Part shown: positions 56,163-64,000 of the stretch, piece by piece
Position numbering within the stretch: position 1 is the stretch's first letter
How the letters are laid out: each line of letters starts with the position of its first letter
From: Candidatus Hermodarchaeota archaeon
GTDB lineage: Archaea; Asgardarchaeota; Lokiarchaeia; Sigyniarchaeales; SOKP01
Reading direction: 5' to 3'
Length of the DNA: 64,000 bases
Assembly (NCBI GenBank): GCA_048885525.1
Contig: JBHLLP010000006.1
Coordinates: 1 to 64,000 of the forward strand
Notes under the pieces: generated by a model
Seen by the model: only the letters and a program-made list of their open reading frames with translations
Database searches by the model: none
What the model was told of the DNA's origin: nothing
Translations under genes and position numbers: made by a program

Positions 56163-56231
56163 CTTTTTAAAAAAGAAGCGTTAATCAATAATTTAAAGAA
56201 GAACCTTATAATGAAAATCTTTCTATTCATT

Positions 56232-56771
56232 CTAGATGGTTATAAATTCTCTTATTTTTGAATTTATTGAAGATTTTTGACGCCTATTATCTTTAATTAT
56301 AAATTCATGAAAAATTTCGTTATTTTCATCAATAAATTCCCAAAATTCTTCATAAATTTCTTTTGAGGTCATCTTTTTCTTTCTAGAATTAATATTTTGT
56401 TTTAACCTATTTTCTTTCTGGAATTCATCATGATTAAATGGTTTATATTTAACTTTTTCTCCATTAAGTATTAACTTTTCGAAAAGCTCGTTATTCCGTT
56501 TCTCAGTTAGGTTAAAAGTTTTCACACCATTCCTTAACTTTCTGGCAGTCGCTTGATTCAATTCCAAATCCACTTTCTGATATCCTCGAATTTGGAAATT
56601 ATTGTCCATGAAAAATTGGAAGTGATGTGGGCAAATTAATCCTTTATGGACAGAAATTGTAGTTAATTTGGATTTATTGTTTAATCTCGAAGGAGGTATT
56701 CCTACGATATCTCTTGTTTTACAAATTGGGCAAATAACTTCAATTTTATTTGTCCTAGCAAGGATAACCAT
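56232..56771 (-). CDS. zinc-finger hypothetical protein
   Basis: CPIC...TISVHKGLICPHHFQFFMDNNFQIRGYQKVD (C2-C-H ligand pattern). Confidence 0.75.
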   Translation of the reverse strand: MVILARTNKIEVICPICKTRDIVGIPPSRLNNKSKLTTISVHKGLICPHHFQFFMDNNFQIRGYQKVDLELNQATARKLRNGVKTFNLTEKRNNELFEKLILNGEKVKYKPFNHDEFQKENRLKQNINSRKKKMTSKEIYEEFWEFIDENNEIFHEFIIKDNRRQKSSINSKIREFITI

Positions 56772-56935
56772 TAGATTCTCACATAATTAAAATAAATCTA
56801 AACCCTACAAAAATCTCTAGAATTTTCTATTTAAACTAAGCTTTTTTATTGTTTATGACCGAATCTTTAAGTTCAATAAATAATTTTTCCAATTATTATA
56901 CTAGTTCTAATTCTATTTTAAAATAAGATGATATC

Positions 56936-58354
56936 ATGTCAGAAATGGATATTTTTTTTCACCCAAAATCCATAGCAATAATTGGAGCATCAGACAGTTT
57001 TAAATTTGGATATACTACGACAAAATACTTGTTAGAATCAAAATTTAAAACTTTTCCTGTTAACATCAAGAAGCAAGAAATTCATGGACATAAAGCTTAT
57101 AAAAATGTAAAAGATATTCCTGAAGAAATAGATTTGGCAATCATTCTCATTGGAAATGAATTTGTTCTTCAAGCAGTAAAAGATTGTATTGAAAAGGGAG
57201 TAAAAGGGATAATAATAGAATCAGCAGGTTTTGCAGAGACAGGTGTAGAAAAATATATAAAAATTCAAAATGAGATTGAAAAAATAGCTAAAGAGACTAA
57301 AGTTCGAATTATAGGACCTAATTGTATTGGTGTTACTGATTTTAACAATCAATTCACTACAGCAGACATGAGCTTTGATCAAGCTTTAAGTGGTAAAGTA
57401 GCAGTTATAGCGCAATCAGGTGTACTTGGAAATATTTTTATAGATTGGGCAACTGATAAAGGGATTGGATTTTCTAAAACTATTACAATAGGAAACAAGG
57501 TGGATGTTGATGAGATTGATTTACTCAAGTATTTAAATAAAGATCCTGAAACAGAAGTTATAACTCTTTACCTAGAAGGTACAAAACGAGGTAGAGAACT
57601 AATACAAGCTTTTAAAAACATGGATAAACCAGTTATAATACTTAAAAACGGAAAAAGTGAAATAGGTTCAAAAGCAGTTAATAGTCACACGGGGTCAATG
57701 GCAGGAAATAACAAAATTTATGATACTCTCTTTAAACAGAATAGTAAAATATTTAGGGTTAACAATTTTTATGAATTATTTAACATAGCTCATGTATTTG
57801 CAAGTCAACCTTTACCTGTAGGTAAAAACGTTGCTATTATTACAGGTTCGGGAAGCTTAGGAGCGCTTGCGTGTGATCAGATTGAGGAACAAGGATTAAA
57901 TCTTGCGAATTTAAGCGAAAACACTATCTCTCGTATTAAATCGGTAATTCCAAATTGGGTTTCAATTAGAGGTACTATAGATTTAGGTCCTTCTATATTT
58001 CAGACATTTGAGTCATCTGCAAAAGCAATTTTCGAAGATAAGAATGTGGATTGCATCTTATATATTTTTTCAGTTCCTCGATGGCCACTCCAAATGATGG
58101 GTTCAATGTCTACAAATTGGGCTAAACAACATTTTGCTCTCATTAAAGATTTAACACAAAAGTTTAAAAAACCATGCGTGTGTGTATGTTTTGGTTCTAG
58201 CTGGACATTTGATTTTCTTAGAAAAGCAGCATCTTCATCGAATTCAGAAATTAAGATTCCAATAATGAGTAGAATAAAACATGCAATAAAAGCCTTTAAA
58301 ATGATGTATCAGTTTGGAAAAAAACAAAATAAAATGAGTTTAAATTTAAACTAA
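56936..58354 (+). CDS. ADP-forming acyl-CoA synthetase alpha subunit
   Basis: PKSIAIIGAS, SAGFAE, GPNCIG, QSG, SHTGS (phospho-His). Confidence 0.92.
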   Translation: MSEMDIFFHPKSIAIIGASDSFKFGYTTTKYLLESKFKTFPVNIKKQEIHGHKAYKNVKDIPEEIDLAIILIGNEFVLQAVKDCIEKGVKGIIIESAGFAETGVEKYIKIQNEIEKIAKETKVRIIGPNCIGVTDFNNQFTTADMSFDQALSGKVAVIAQSGVLGNIFIDWATDKGIGFSKTITIGNKVDVDEIDLLKYLNKDPETEVITLYLEGTKRGRELIQAFKNMDKPVIILKNGKSEIGSKAVNSHTGSMAGNNKIYDTLFKQNSKIFRVNNFYELFNIAHVFASQPLPVGKNVAIITGSGSLGALACDQIEEQGLNLANLSENTISRIKSVIPNWVSIRGTIDLGPSIFQTFESSAKAIFEDKNVDCILYIFSVPRWPLQMMGSMSTNWAKQHFALIKDLTQKFKKPCVCVCFGSSWTFDFLRKAASSSNSEIKIPIMSRIKHAIKAFKMMYQFGKKQNKMSLNLN

Positions 58355-58507
58355 TAAGTAGTATTTATTTTTAAATTCTATTTTAAATTTAAGTTCTTCT
58401 TATCGTTGTTCATAAGTTTATTTCAAAAATTGGACTCCAAATTTTTTTAATTCTATTAAAATCTCCTTTTAATTAAGTAAAAATATTAAAATTTGGAGTG
58501 ATAAAAA

Positions 58508-59023
58508 ATGAGTGAAGTTTATGTTTTTAATATTGCCTGGCAAGAGATTGTCAATTGGTTTTTAGCTCAACCGATCTACGCACAAGTTCTTGTTTTGATA
58601 GGAGTTTTTGCAGTATTAACACTTGCGGTAATTTTAGTTTATTACATACTGAAAGGTGTTGCTTATCTGGTTTATTATATATTAAAAGGAATATATTATC
58701 TTTTGAAGGGAATTGGTTTACTCTTTTATAAGATATTCGAAGCATTATATTACGCTATTTCAGGTAAGCCAAAACCTAATAAATGCTGTGCTCCCCCACA
58801 ACAAGCCCAAATTCCACCTGAAATACAACAGCAAGAAGAACCAATAGTACAACATCAAAAAAGCATACAAATAATCAGACCTGAAGTCGCTTATTGCAGT
58901 GAATGTGGTAATAAATTTACAGGTTCAATGCTTCAGACTTTACAAGAAAGAGGAGTTGCCTTCTGTATTCATTGTGGAAATAAGAAAACTCAAAATTACC
59001 AAATTGGTATCGAAAGTCAATAA
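58508..59023 (+). CDS. membrane protein with YYILKG repeats and C-terminal zinc ribbon
   Basis: TM helix; repeated YY(I/L)LKG; P/Q-rich linker; CSECG...CIHCG; GGAGTGA SD upstream. Confidence 0.8.
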   Translation: MSEVYVFNIAWQEIVNWFLAQPIYAQVLVLIGVFAVLTLAVILVYYILKGVAYLVYYILKGIYYLLKGIGLLFYKIFEALYYAISGKPKPNKCCAPPQQAQIPPEIQQQEEPIVQHQKSIQIIRPEVAYCSECGNKFTGSMLQTLQERGVAFCIHCGNKKTQNYQIGIESQ

Positions 59024-59045
59024 TTTTTTTTATTCTTTTTCTATT

Positions 59046-59912
59046 TTATATTAAAGATTTCTCAAATAATATAACACCAAAGCGTTCATCTTCATAATAA
59101 GCAAATCCGATCTTTTTTAGGAGATTTGCTACTTCAAGTTTACAAAAAACTTCAAATACTATAGATTTATTTGCCTCTAACTCTTTTTGAATAGTGTATT
59201 TAATTAATTCTAAGGCAGCTTTTGGTTTTCCGTAAGTTATAATCCAAATTTCATTTTTTAAAGGAATTTCATAAGTAACAAAACTTCTATTTTCCATTTT
59301 ATGTAAAATGGCATCTTGATTGTAAATCCATGAACCCCTTTCATTGGTTAGATACCTTAATGGAATATAAGACCACCCAACACAAATTTCTGTCCCTGGA
59401 CCAATATCAAATTCTTCATAATATTCCTTTACTTGTTCAGCTGTTAACTTTTCGAATTCAGAAGTTTCTTTTCTAGTTATTTTGATATCATCCAAATTTG
59501 CTTCTACAAGGTCCATACATTTCTTCTGTTTAAAACCAAACTTTTTAGCAAGTGAAATTGATGCGAAATTTTTTGATCCTGTATCATATTGAGCTACTTT
59601 AGCACCCATTTTTTTAGAATATTCTATAGCATAATTCAATTGTAATTTACCAATACCTTGTCCTTGATATGATACCTTTATTCTCCCACCTTCTAACCAC
59701 GCAATTTCCTTATTATATAACTTTACTCTGCCGAATCCGATTAATTCTGTTTTATTTTCATCTTTAAAAGTTCCATAATTCATACAATCTTTCTCTTGGA
59801 GCCACTCTTCGATAACATATGGAATATAGTCATTCCCTTCCCATATATCTTTACTAATATCTTTTATAGCTGGAATGTCTTCATGTATTAACTCGCGGAA
59901 ATATACCTTCAT
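59046..59912 (-). CDS. GNAT N-acetyltransferase
   Basis: IWEGNDY, WLEGGRI..YQGQGIG, N.ASI.LAKKFGF. Confidence 0.88.
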   Translation of the reverse strand: MKVYFRELIHEDIPAIKDISKDIWEGNDYIPYVIEEWLQEKDCMNYGTFKDENKTELIGFGRVKLYNKEIAWLEGGRIKVSYQGQGIGKLQLNYAIEYSKKMGAKVAQYDTGSKNFASISLAKKFGFKQKKCMDLVEANLDDIKITRKETSEFEKLTAEQVKEYYEEFDIGPGTEICVGWSYIPLRYLTNERGSWIYNQDAILHKMENRSFVTYEIPLKNEIWIITYGKPKAALELIKYTIQKELEANKSIVFEVFCKLEVANLLKKIGFAYYEDERFGVILFEKSLI

Positions 59913-60090
59913 CTCAGCTCTTTCAAAACCTCTAATCTATGAAATTTGTTAATTAAAAACCCATAAAAAAATTTTACTTTTTTTAATTTATATTACGAAC
60001 CATATAAATAATTTTAAATATAGATCTGTCAATAAGAATACTATTAAAAGTAGTTAAATCTATGTTAAAAATTTTTAAAATTGATCAAAA

Positions 60091-61821
60091 ATGACAGAAA
60101 AAATGGTGGAAGGTAGTCCATATTCAGAAAAAATATGGTTAAAATCATATGATGAGCATGTTAAGCCGGAGATTGATATTGAAGTTTATTCCTTAGCCGA
60201 AATGTTTAAGAGGGTTGTAAAAAAATTCCCTGATAGCCTTTGTTATGACTTTCAAGGATCAAGAGCAACATTCAAGGAAACTGAAAAATTGGTAATCAGT
60301 TTTGCTAATTGTCTTATTGAGAATGGATTAGAAAAAGGTGATAGAGTTGCTATAAATTTACCAAATATTCCTCAATTTATTGTGGCATTGTTTGGAACAT
60401 TTTATGCTGGATGTGCTGTGTCAGGGGTGAATTTTCTACTACAATCAAATGAAATTGTATATCAATTAAAAGATTGTGGAGCAAAAGCGGTTGTTACTCT
60501 TGATTCCTTCTATGAAGAAAAAGTTAGAAAAGCTTTACAAACTGGTCAAACCGATGTAAAGATAGTGATTACTACTAATGTTTCTGATGTTTTAGATCTT
60601 GAACCTGCTATGAAAGACCAATTGATTAAAATTGGAAAAGTTCCAATAGGAAAAGTTGAACCCCTTGAAGGTTTTAAATATTATACATATAATGAGATTT
60701 TAGAAAAATATACTGGTGATAAAGATCCAGATGTTAAAATTGATCCAGATGATCTCCTATTACTTCAATATACAGGAGGAACAACTGGTCCACCCAAGGG
60801 AGCCATTTTGACTCACAGAAATCTAATATCTTTATTACAAATAGTAGACCATTGGTTTGAGCCTGGTACACATCCAGGAAATGCTGTTTATATCTCAGGT
60901 TTTCCATTTTTTCATTTAGCTGGACTCCAATTTTGTCTACAAACTACTTTTTTAGGAGCAACACAGATTTTAGTCCCTGATCCAAGAGATACTAATTACA
61001 TGATAAGTAAAATAAAAGAGTATGAGGATAAAATTTCACTCTTTTATAATGTACCCACTCTATATCTTCTTTTATTAAATAACCGAAGGTTTAAAAAGTT
61101 AAATTTAAGTGATGTACAAGGATATATCTCCGGTGCAGCTCCTTTTCCTACAGAAAGTATTAAAGAGTTTGAAGAAGTAGTTGGTAAGGGAAAAGTTATA
61201 GAAGCTTATGGAATGACTGAAAATAGTCCAGGAGTAACTATGAATCCTTATCTTGGCCCTAAAAAAATTGGAACTGTAGGAGTTCCTTTGCCAAATACAG
61301 AAGTAAAACTTGTAGATGTTTCTGATAAAAGGCGAGAAGTACCTATAGGAGAACCTGGTGAAATTGCTATAAGAGGGCCTCAAACCTTTAAAGGTTATTG
61401 GAATAAACCCAAAGAAACAGAAAATGCACTTCAAGAGGGGTGGTTTTATTCTGGAGATGTGGGTGTTATGGATGAGGATGGTTATATAAGAATAGTAGAC
61501 CGTACAAAAGATATGATTATTGTGAGTGGGTATAAAGTATTTAGTGTTGAAGTAGATGATAAAATGAATAAACATCCAGCAATTGAACTCTGTTCATCTG
61601 TGGGAATTCCTGATCCTGAACGTCCTGGTTCTGAAGTAGTTAAATTATATGTATTGTTAAAAGAGGGACATAAACCTTCTGAAGAAATTAAAGCAGATAT
61701 ACTAAAATTTGCTCAAGAAAATCTAGCTAAATATAAAATACCAAAAATCATCGAAATCGTCAAGGAAATGCCATTAACTTCAATAGGTAAAGTAGACAAA
61801 AAACTCTTAAGAAATAAATAA
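60091..61821 (+). CDS. long-chain fatty acid-CoA ligase
   Basis: YTGGTTGPPKG, YGMTE, SGDVG..DEDGY, DRTKDMI, GKVDK. Confidence 0.95.
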   Translation: MTEKMVEGSPYSEKIWLKSYDEHVKPEIDIEVYSLAEMFKRVVKKFPDSLCYDFQGSRATFKETEKLVISFANCLIENGLEKGDRVAINLPNIPQFIVALFGTFYAGCAVSGVNFLLQSNEIVYQLKDCGAKAVVTLDSFYEEKVRKALQTGQTDVKIVITTNVSDVLDLEPAMKDQLIKIGKVPIGKVEPLEGFKYYTYNEILEKYTGDKDPDVKIDPDDLLLLQYTGGTTGPPKGAILTHRNLISLLQIVDHWFEPGTHPGNAVYISGFPFFHLAGLQFCLQTTFLGATQILVPDPRDTNYMISKIKEYEDKISLFYNVPTLYLLLLNNRRFKKLNLSDVQGYISGAAPFPTESIKEFEEVVGKGKVIEAYGMTENSPGVTMNPYLGPKKIGTVGVPLPNTEVKLVDVSDKRREVPIGEPGEIAIRGPQTFKGYWNKPKETENALQEGWFYSGDVGVMDEDGYIRIVDRTKDMIIVSGYKVFSVEVDDKMNKHPAIELCSSVGIPDPERPGSEVVKLYVLLKEGHKPSEEIKADILKFAQENLAKYKIPKIIEIVKEMPLTSIGKVDKKLLRNK

Positions 61822-61849
61822 CTTTTTAATTTTTTTTTAAATTTTGTTC

Positions 61850-62443
61850 CTAAATTTCTTTTTTGAAATATCTTCTATAAATATTATAGTATGAAGTGAG
61901 AGCTATAATAAAATGTATTAAAATACATGATATAATCCCTATTTTTAAAAATATATAACCAAGATATAATCCCATTAAAAAGGGATATCCAAGATTGATT
62001 AGTAGAATAGTTAAATTCTTATAACGAAACCAAGTGTGAATATGAAAAAGAGAAAAAATCAAACTCGATATAAATATAACTGTAAATGATTTCAATTTTA
62101 ACAAATCGAATAAAACGCCAATTGTATAATATCTAAAAACTAATTCTTCTAATATTATTATTATTGGAAAGAAAAACCAGATGATTTCTCTGTTCTTTCT
62201 ATATATAAAAGCATTTAATACATCCTGCTTCTTAAATACTTCAAGATTTTTATCCTTATAGCCGAAAATTTCGACTTTTTTAGCCAAAAATAAAAAGAAT
62301 ATTAAACCTGTGATGAAAATAAGGATTATAAACCAATTTAATTCTCTTATCATGAAATATTCAAAAAAAACTCCAAAAAATATTGGGATAATTAATAAAG
62401 TTAATAAAATGCTAAGAGTAATGTATTTCTTTGCTTTAATCAA
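61850..62443 (-). CDS. CPBP family intramembrane metalloprotease
   Basis: EELVFR, FSLFH, LIHF motifs. Confidence 0.85.
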   Translation of the reverse strand: MIKAKKYITLSILLTLLIIPIFFGVFFEYFMIRELNWFIILIFITGLIFFLFLAKKVEIFGYKDKNLEVFKKQDVLNAFIYRKNREIIWFFFPIIIILEELVFRYYTIGVLFDLLKLKSFTVIFISSLIFSLFHIHTWFRYKNLTILLINLGYPFLMGLYLGYIFLKIGIISCILIHFIIALTSYYNIYRRYFKKEI

Positions 62444-62486
62444 AATATAATATACCCGATTTTATTAAAATCCATAAAAAATTAAG

Positions 62487-62771
62487 TTAACCAGGGTAAT
62501 CATTTTTGGAACCCATGAGTGTAGTTGTTTCCTCGATCCACTGAGATAATTCTTTATCCATTCTGCAAAAAGTGACAATTTTATCGATATCTCTTAACTT
62601 AGAAAAAGAACATTCAACAATTACATCCCAACCTCCATAAATAGGTGTAGCGTATGTGATTTTCCAATCTTCATCTGGTTCAGTAGATTTTAAATTAATT
62701 AATTTATCAACAACTTTCCATTCTGAACCAATTACTTTCAAACGGATTAAAATGTATCCACGATAATAAAT
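62487..62771 (-). CDS. Lrp/AsnC ligand-binding (RAM)-like domain protein, probable ATT start
   Basis: YGGWDVIV and ETTTL motifs. The first beta-strand GYILIRL lies upstream of the TTG at 62741. The frame is closed by TAA at 62777-62775. Confidence 0.75.
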   Translation of the reverse strand: MYYRGYILIRLKVIGSEWKVVDKLINLKSTEPDEDWKITYATPIYGGWDVIVECSFSKLRDIDKIVTFCRMDKELSQWIEETTTLMGSKNDYPG

Positions 62772-62914
62772 TTCTTACAACCTTGATTTCCATTTATTTA
62801 GGTTTAAAATGCTCTAACGAGTAACAAACTTTAATTTAAATTTAAATATATTTAAGTAATTTAATGTTTCTATTATAAATTGTTCTATTAAAAAAATAAA
62901 GGGATATTATAGAT

Positions 62915-64000
62915 ATGTCAGATTTATATAAGAAATTAGAGAAGATTGTTTCTGATAAATATATTTCTAATGATATTTATGTACGCCACGCCTATTCACG
63001 AAATGTAGACATTGTTTTACAAGGCGTTCCCGATATTGTAATAAGACCAAAAGATGCTCAAGAAATCTCAGAAATTCTTAAGATTGCAAATGAAGAAAAT
63101 ATTCCTGTAATACCACGTGGTGGAGGCGATTGTGAATTTGGTGGAAGTAAGCCAATTAACGATGAGGGCATTGTTTTAGATTTGAAGAGAATGGACAATA
63201 TTATAAATTTAGATCAAGAAAATTTGATAGTTACAGTCGAGGCAGGTATTTCTTGGGGAAAATTGAATGAATATTTATGCCATTATGGACTATATACCGG
63301 ATGTATGGGACCTGGATCAGGAATGACAGCTTCAATTGGAGGTGGTATTTCACATCAATCAGTTGGAGGTGGAGGATGTGCAAAGTATGGTTCATGTACT
63401 AACCAATTAGTTTCTTTAGAAGTGGTTTTACCAACAGGTGAAATAATTCAAACAGGGTCTCAAGCTAATAAATTTTCTAAGTTTCCTTTTAATAGATTTG
63501 GAAATGGACCTGATTTATCAGGACTTTTTTGTGGTGATAATGGTATTTTTGGGATAAAAACAAAAATATCGCTTAAAGTATTTCCTAAACCGGAGTTTGC
63601 TGATTACAAAACTTTTTTACTTCCTCGAAAATCTGCTGAAACTGCTGCTCAAATTATGACGGAGATTCGAAGAAAAGGAATTAATGTATATGATACAATG
63701 TTTATTACTGATGTTGTTATTGAACTTGGGTCAAAGCAAGGATTTTTTCCTTTATGGGAGCATATAAAAAAGAAAAAAGGAATGCTTTTTTATACAATTG
63801 AAGCGAATTCGGAGGTTGAGTTAAAAGAAAATGTCAGAATCTTAGATGAGATTATTTTAAGTAAGAAATCTGAATATCTAGGTCCAGAAATCTCCGATGG
63901 TAATATAGCTAAGTGGCATTATACGGAACAAGGGCATTGGCAATTTTATCATAATTTATGGGGTATGTTTCCTTCCATGCAACCACTCTCAGCGGAATGT
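62915..64000 (+). CDS. FAD-binding oxidoreductase (GlcD-like), truncated by the window end
   Basis: ATG at 62915, frame open to the end; PDIVIRP, PRGGG, LDLKRMDNI, VEAGISW, LEVVLPTGEI, GDNGIFGIKT. Confidence 0.9.
   Translation, partial: MSDLYKKLEKIVSDKYISNDIYVRHAYSRNVDIVLQGVPDIVIRPKDAQEISEILKIANEENIPVIPRGGGDCEFGGSKPINDEGIVLDLKRMDNIINLDQENLIVTVEAGISWGKLNEYLCHYGLYTGCMGPGSGMTASIGGGISHQSVGGGGCAKYGSCTNQLVSLEVVLPTGEIIQTGSQANKFSKFPFNRFGNGPDLSGLFCGDNGIFGIKTKISLKVFPKPEFADYKTFLLPRKSAETAAQIMTEIRRKGINVYDTMFITDVVIELGSKQGFFPLWEHIKKKKGMLFYTIEANSEVELKENVRILDEIILSKKSEYLGPEISDGNIAKWHYTEQGHWQFYHNLWGMFPSMQPLSAEC

Noticed and set aside
3531-58745. Remaining short ORF-track entries nested in longer genes (e.g. 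3531, 4604, 5437, 5444, 6478, 8610, 13252, 13431, 14337, 21675, 26621, 27287, 28553, 30071, 35583, 37518, 43960, 44948, 52285, 53226, 54437, 54698, 54956, 55734, 58551)
   Set aside because: Overlap motif-supported genes in other frames or strands and show no recognisable features.
61105-61575. 156-aa minus-strand ORF
   Set aside because: Lies wholly within the well-supported acyl-CoA ligase on the opposite strand.
1-64000. CRISPR array or rRNA
   Set aside because: No regularly spaced direct repeats and no long GC-rich non-coding segment seen.

Overview
Gene-dense, very AT-rich (visually about 30% GC) chromosomal segment of an archaeon, most likely an Asgard (Lokiarchaeia-like) genome. The archaeal assignment rests on a tailless histone, SRP19, ribosomal protein S8e, proteasome beta, archaeal-type GluRS, CTP-dependent riboflavin kinase and a Hef helicase. 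The Asgard assignment rests on longin-like, PCI-like winged-helix and zinc-ribbon/membrane proteins. The window holds about 64 protein genes, two of them cut by the window edges. It also holds two tRNAs: tRNA-Pro(GGG), and tRNA-Arg(GCG) with a 31-nt insertion in the T-loop. I saw no CRISPR array, rRNA, integrase or transposase. Best leads: (1) a co-oriented cluster at 13.3-19.7 kb with a farnesol-dehydrogenase-like SDR, a divergent aldehyde dehydrogenase flanked by two paralogous SCP2-like orphan proteins, and two amidases, a candidate lipid/isoprenoid catabolism module; (2) a 1489-aa membrane-anchored protein with prenyltransferase-like repeats, a long coiled coil and several PCI-like winged helices, downstream of a legumain/GPI8-like C13 peptidase split by an inserted domain; (3) an NPRL2-like longin plus winged-helix protein; (4) an adaptin/COP-appendage-like protein; (5) the T-loop tRNA intron; (6) a probable ATT start codon. 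All family assignments come from motifs read by eye and recalled family knowledge; no searches were run.
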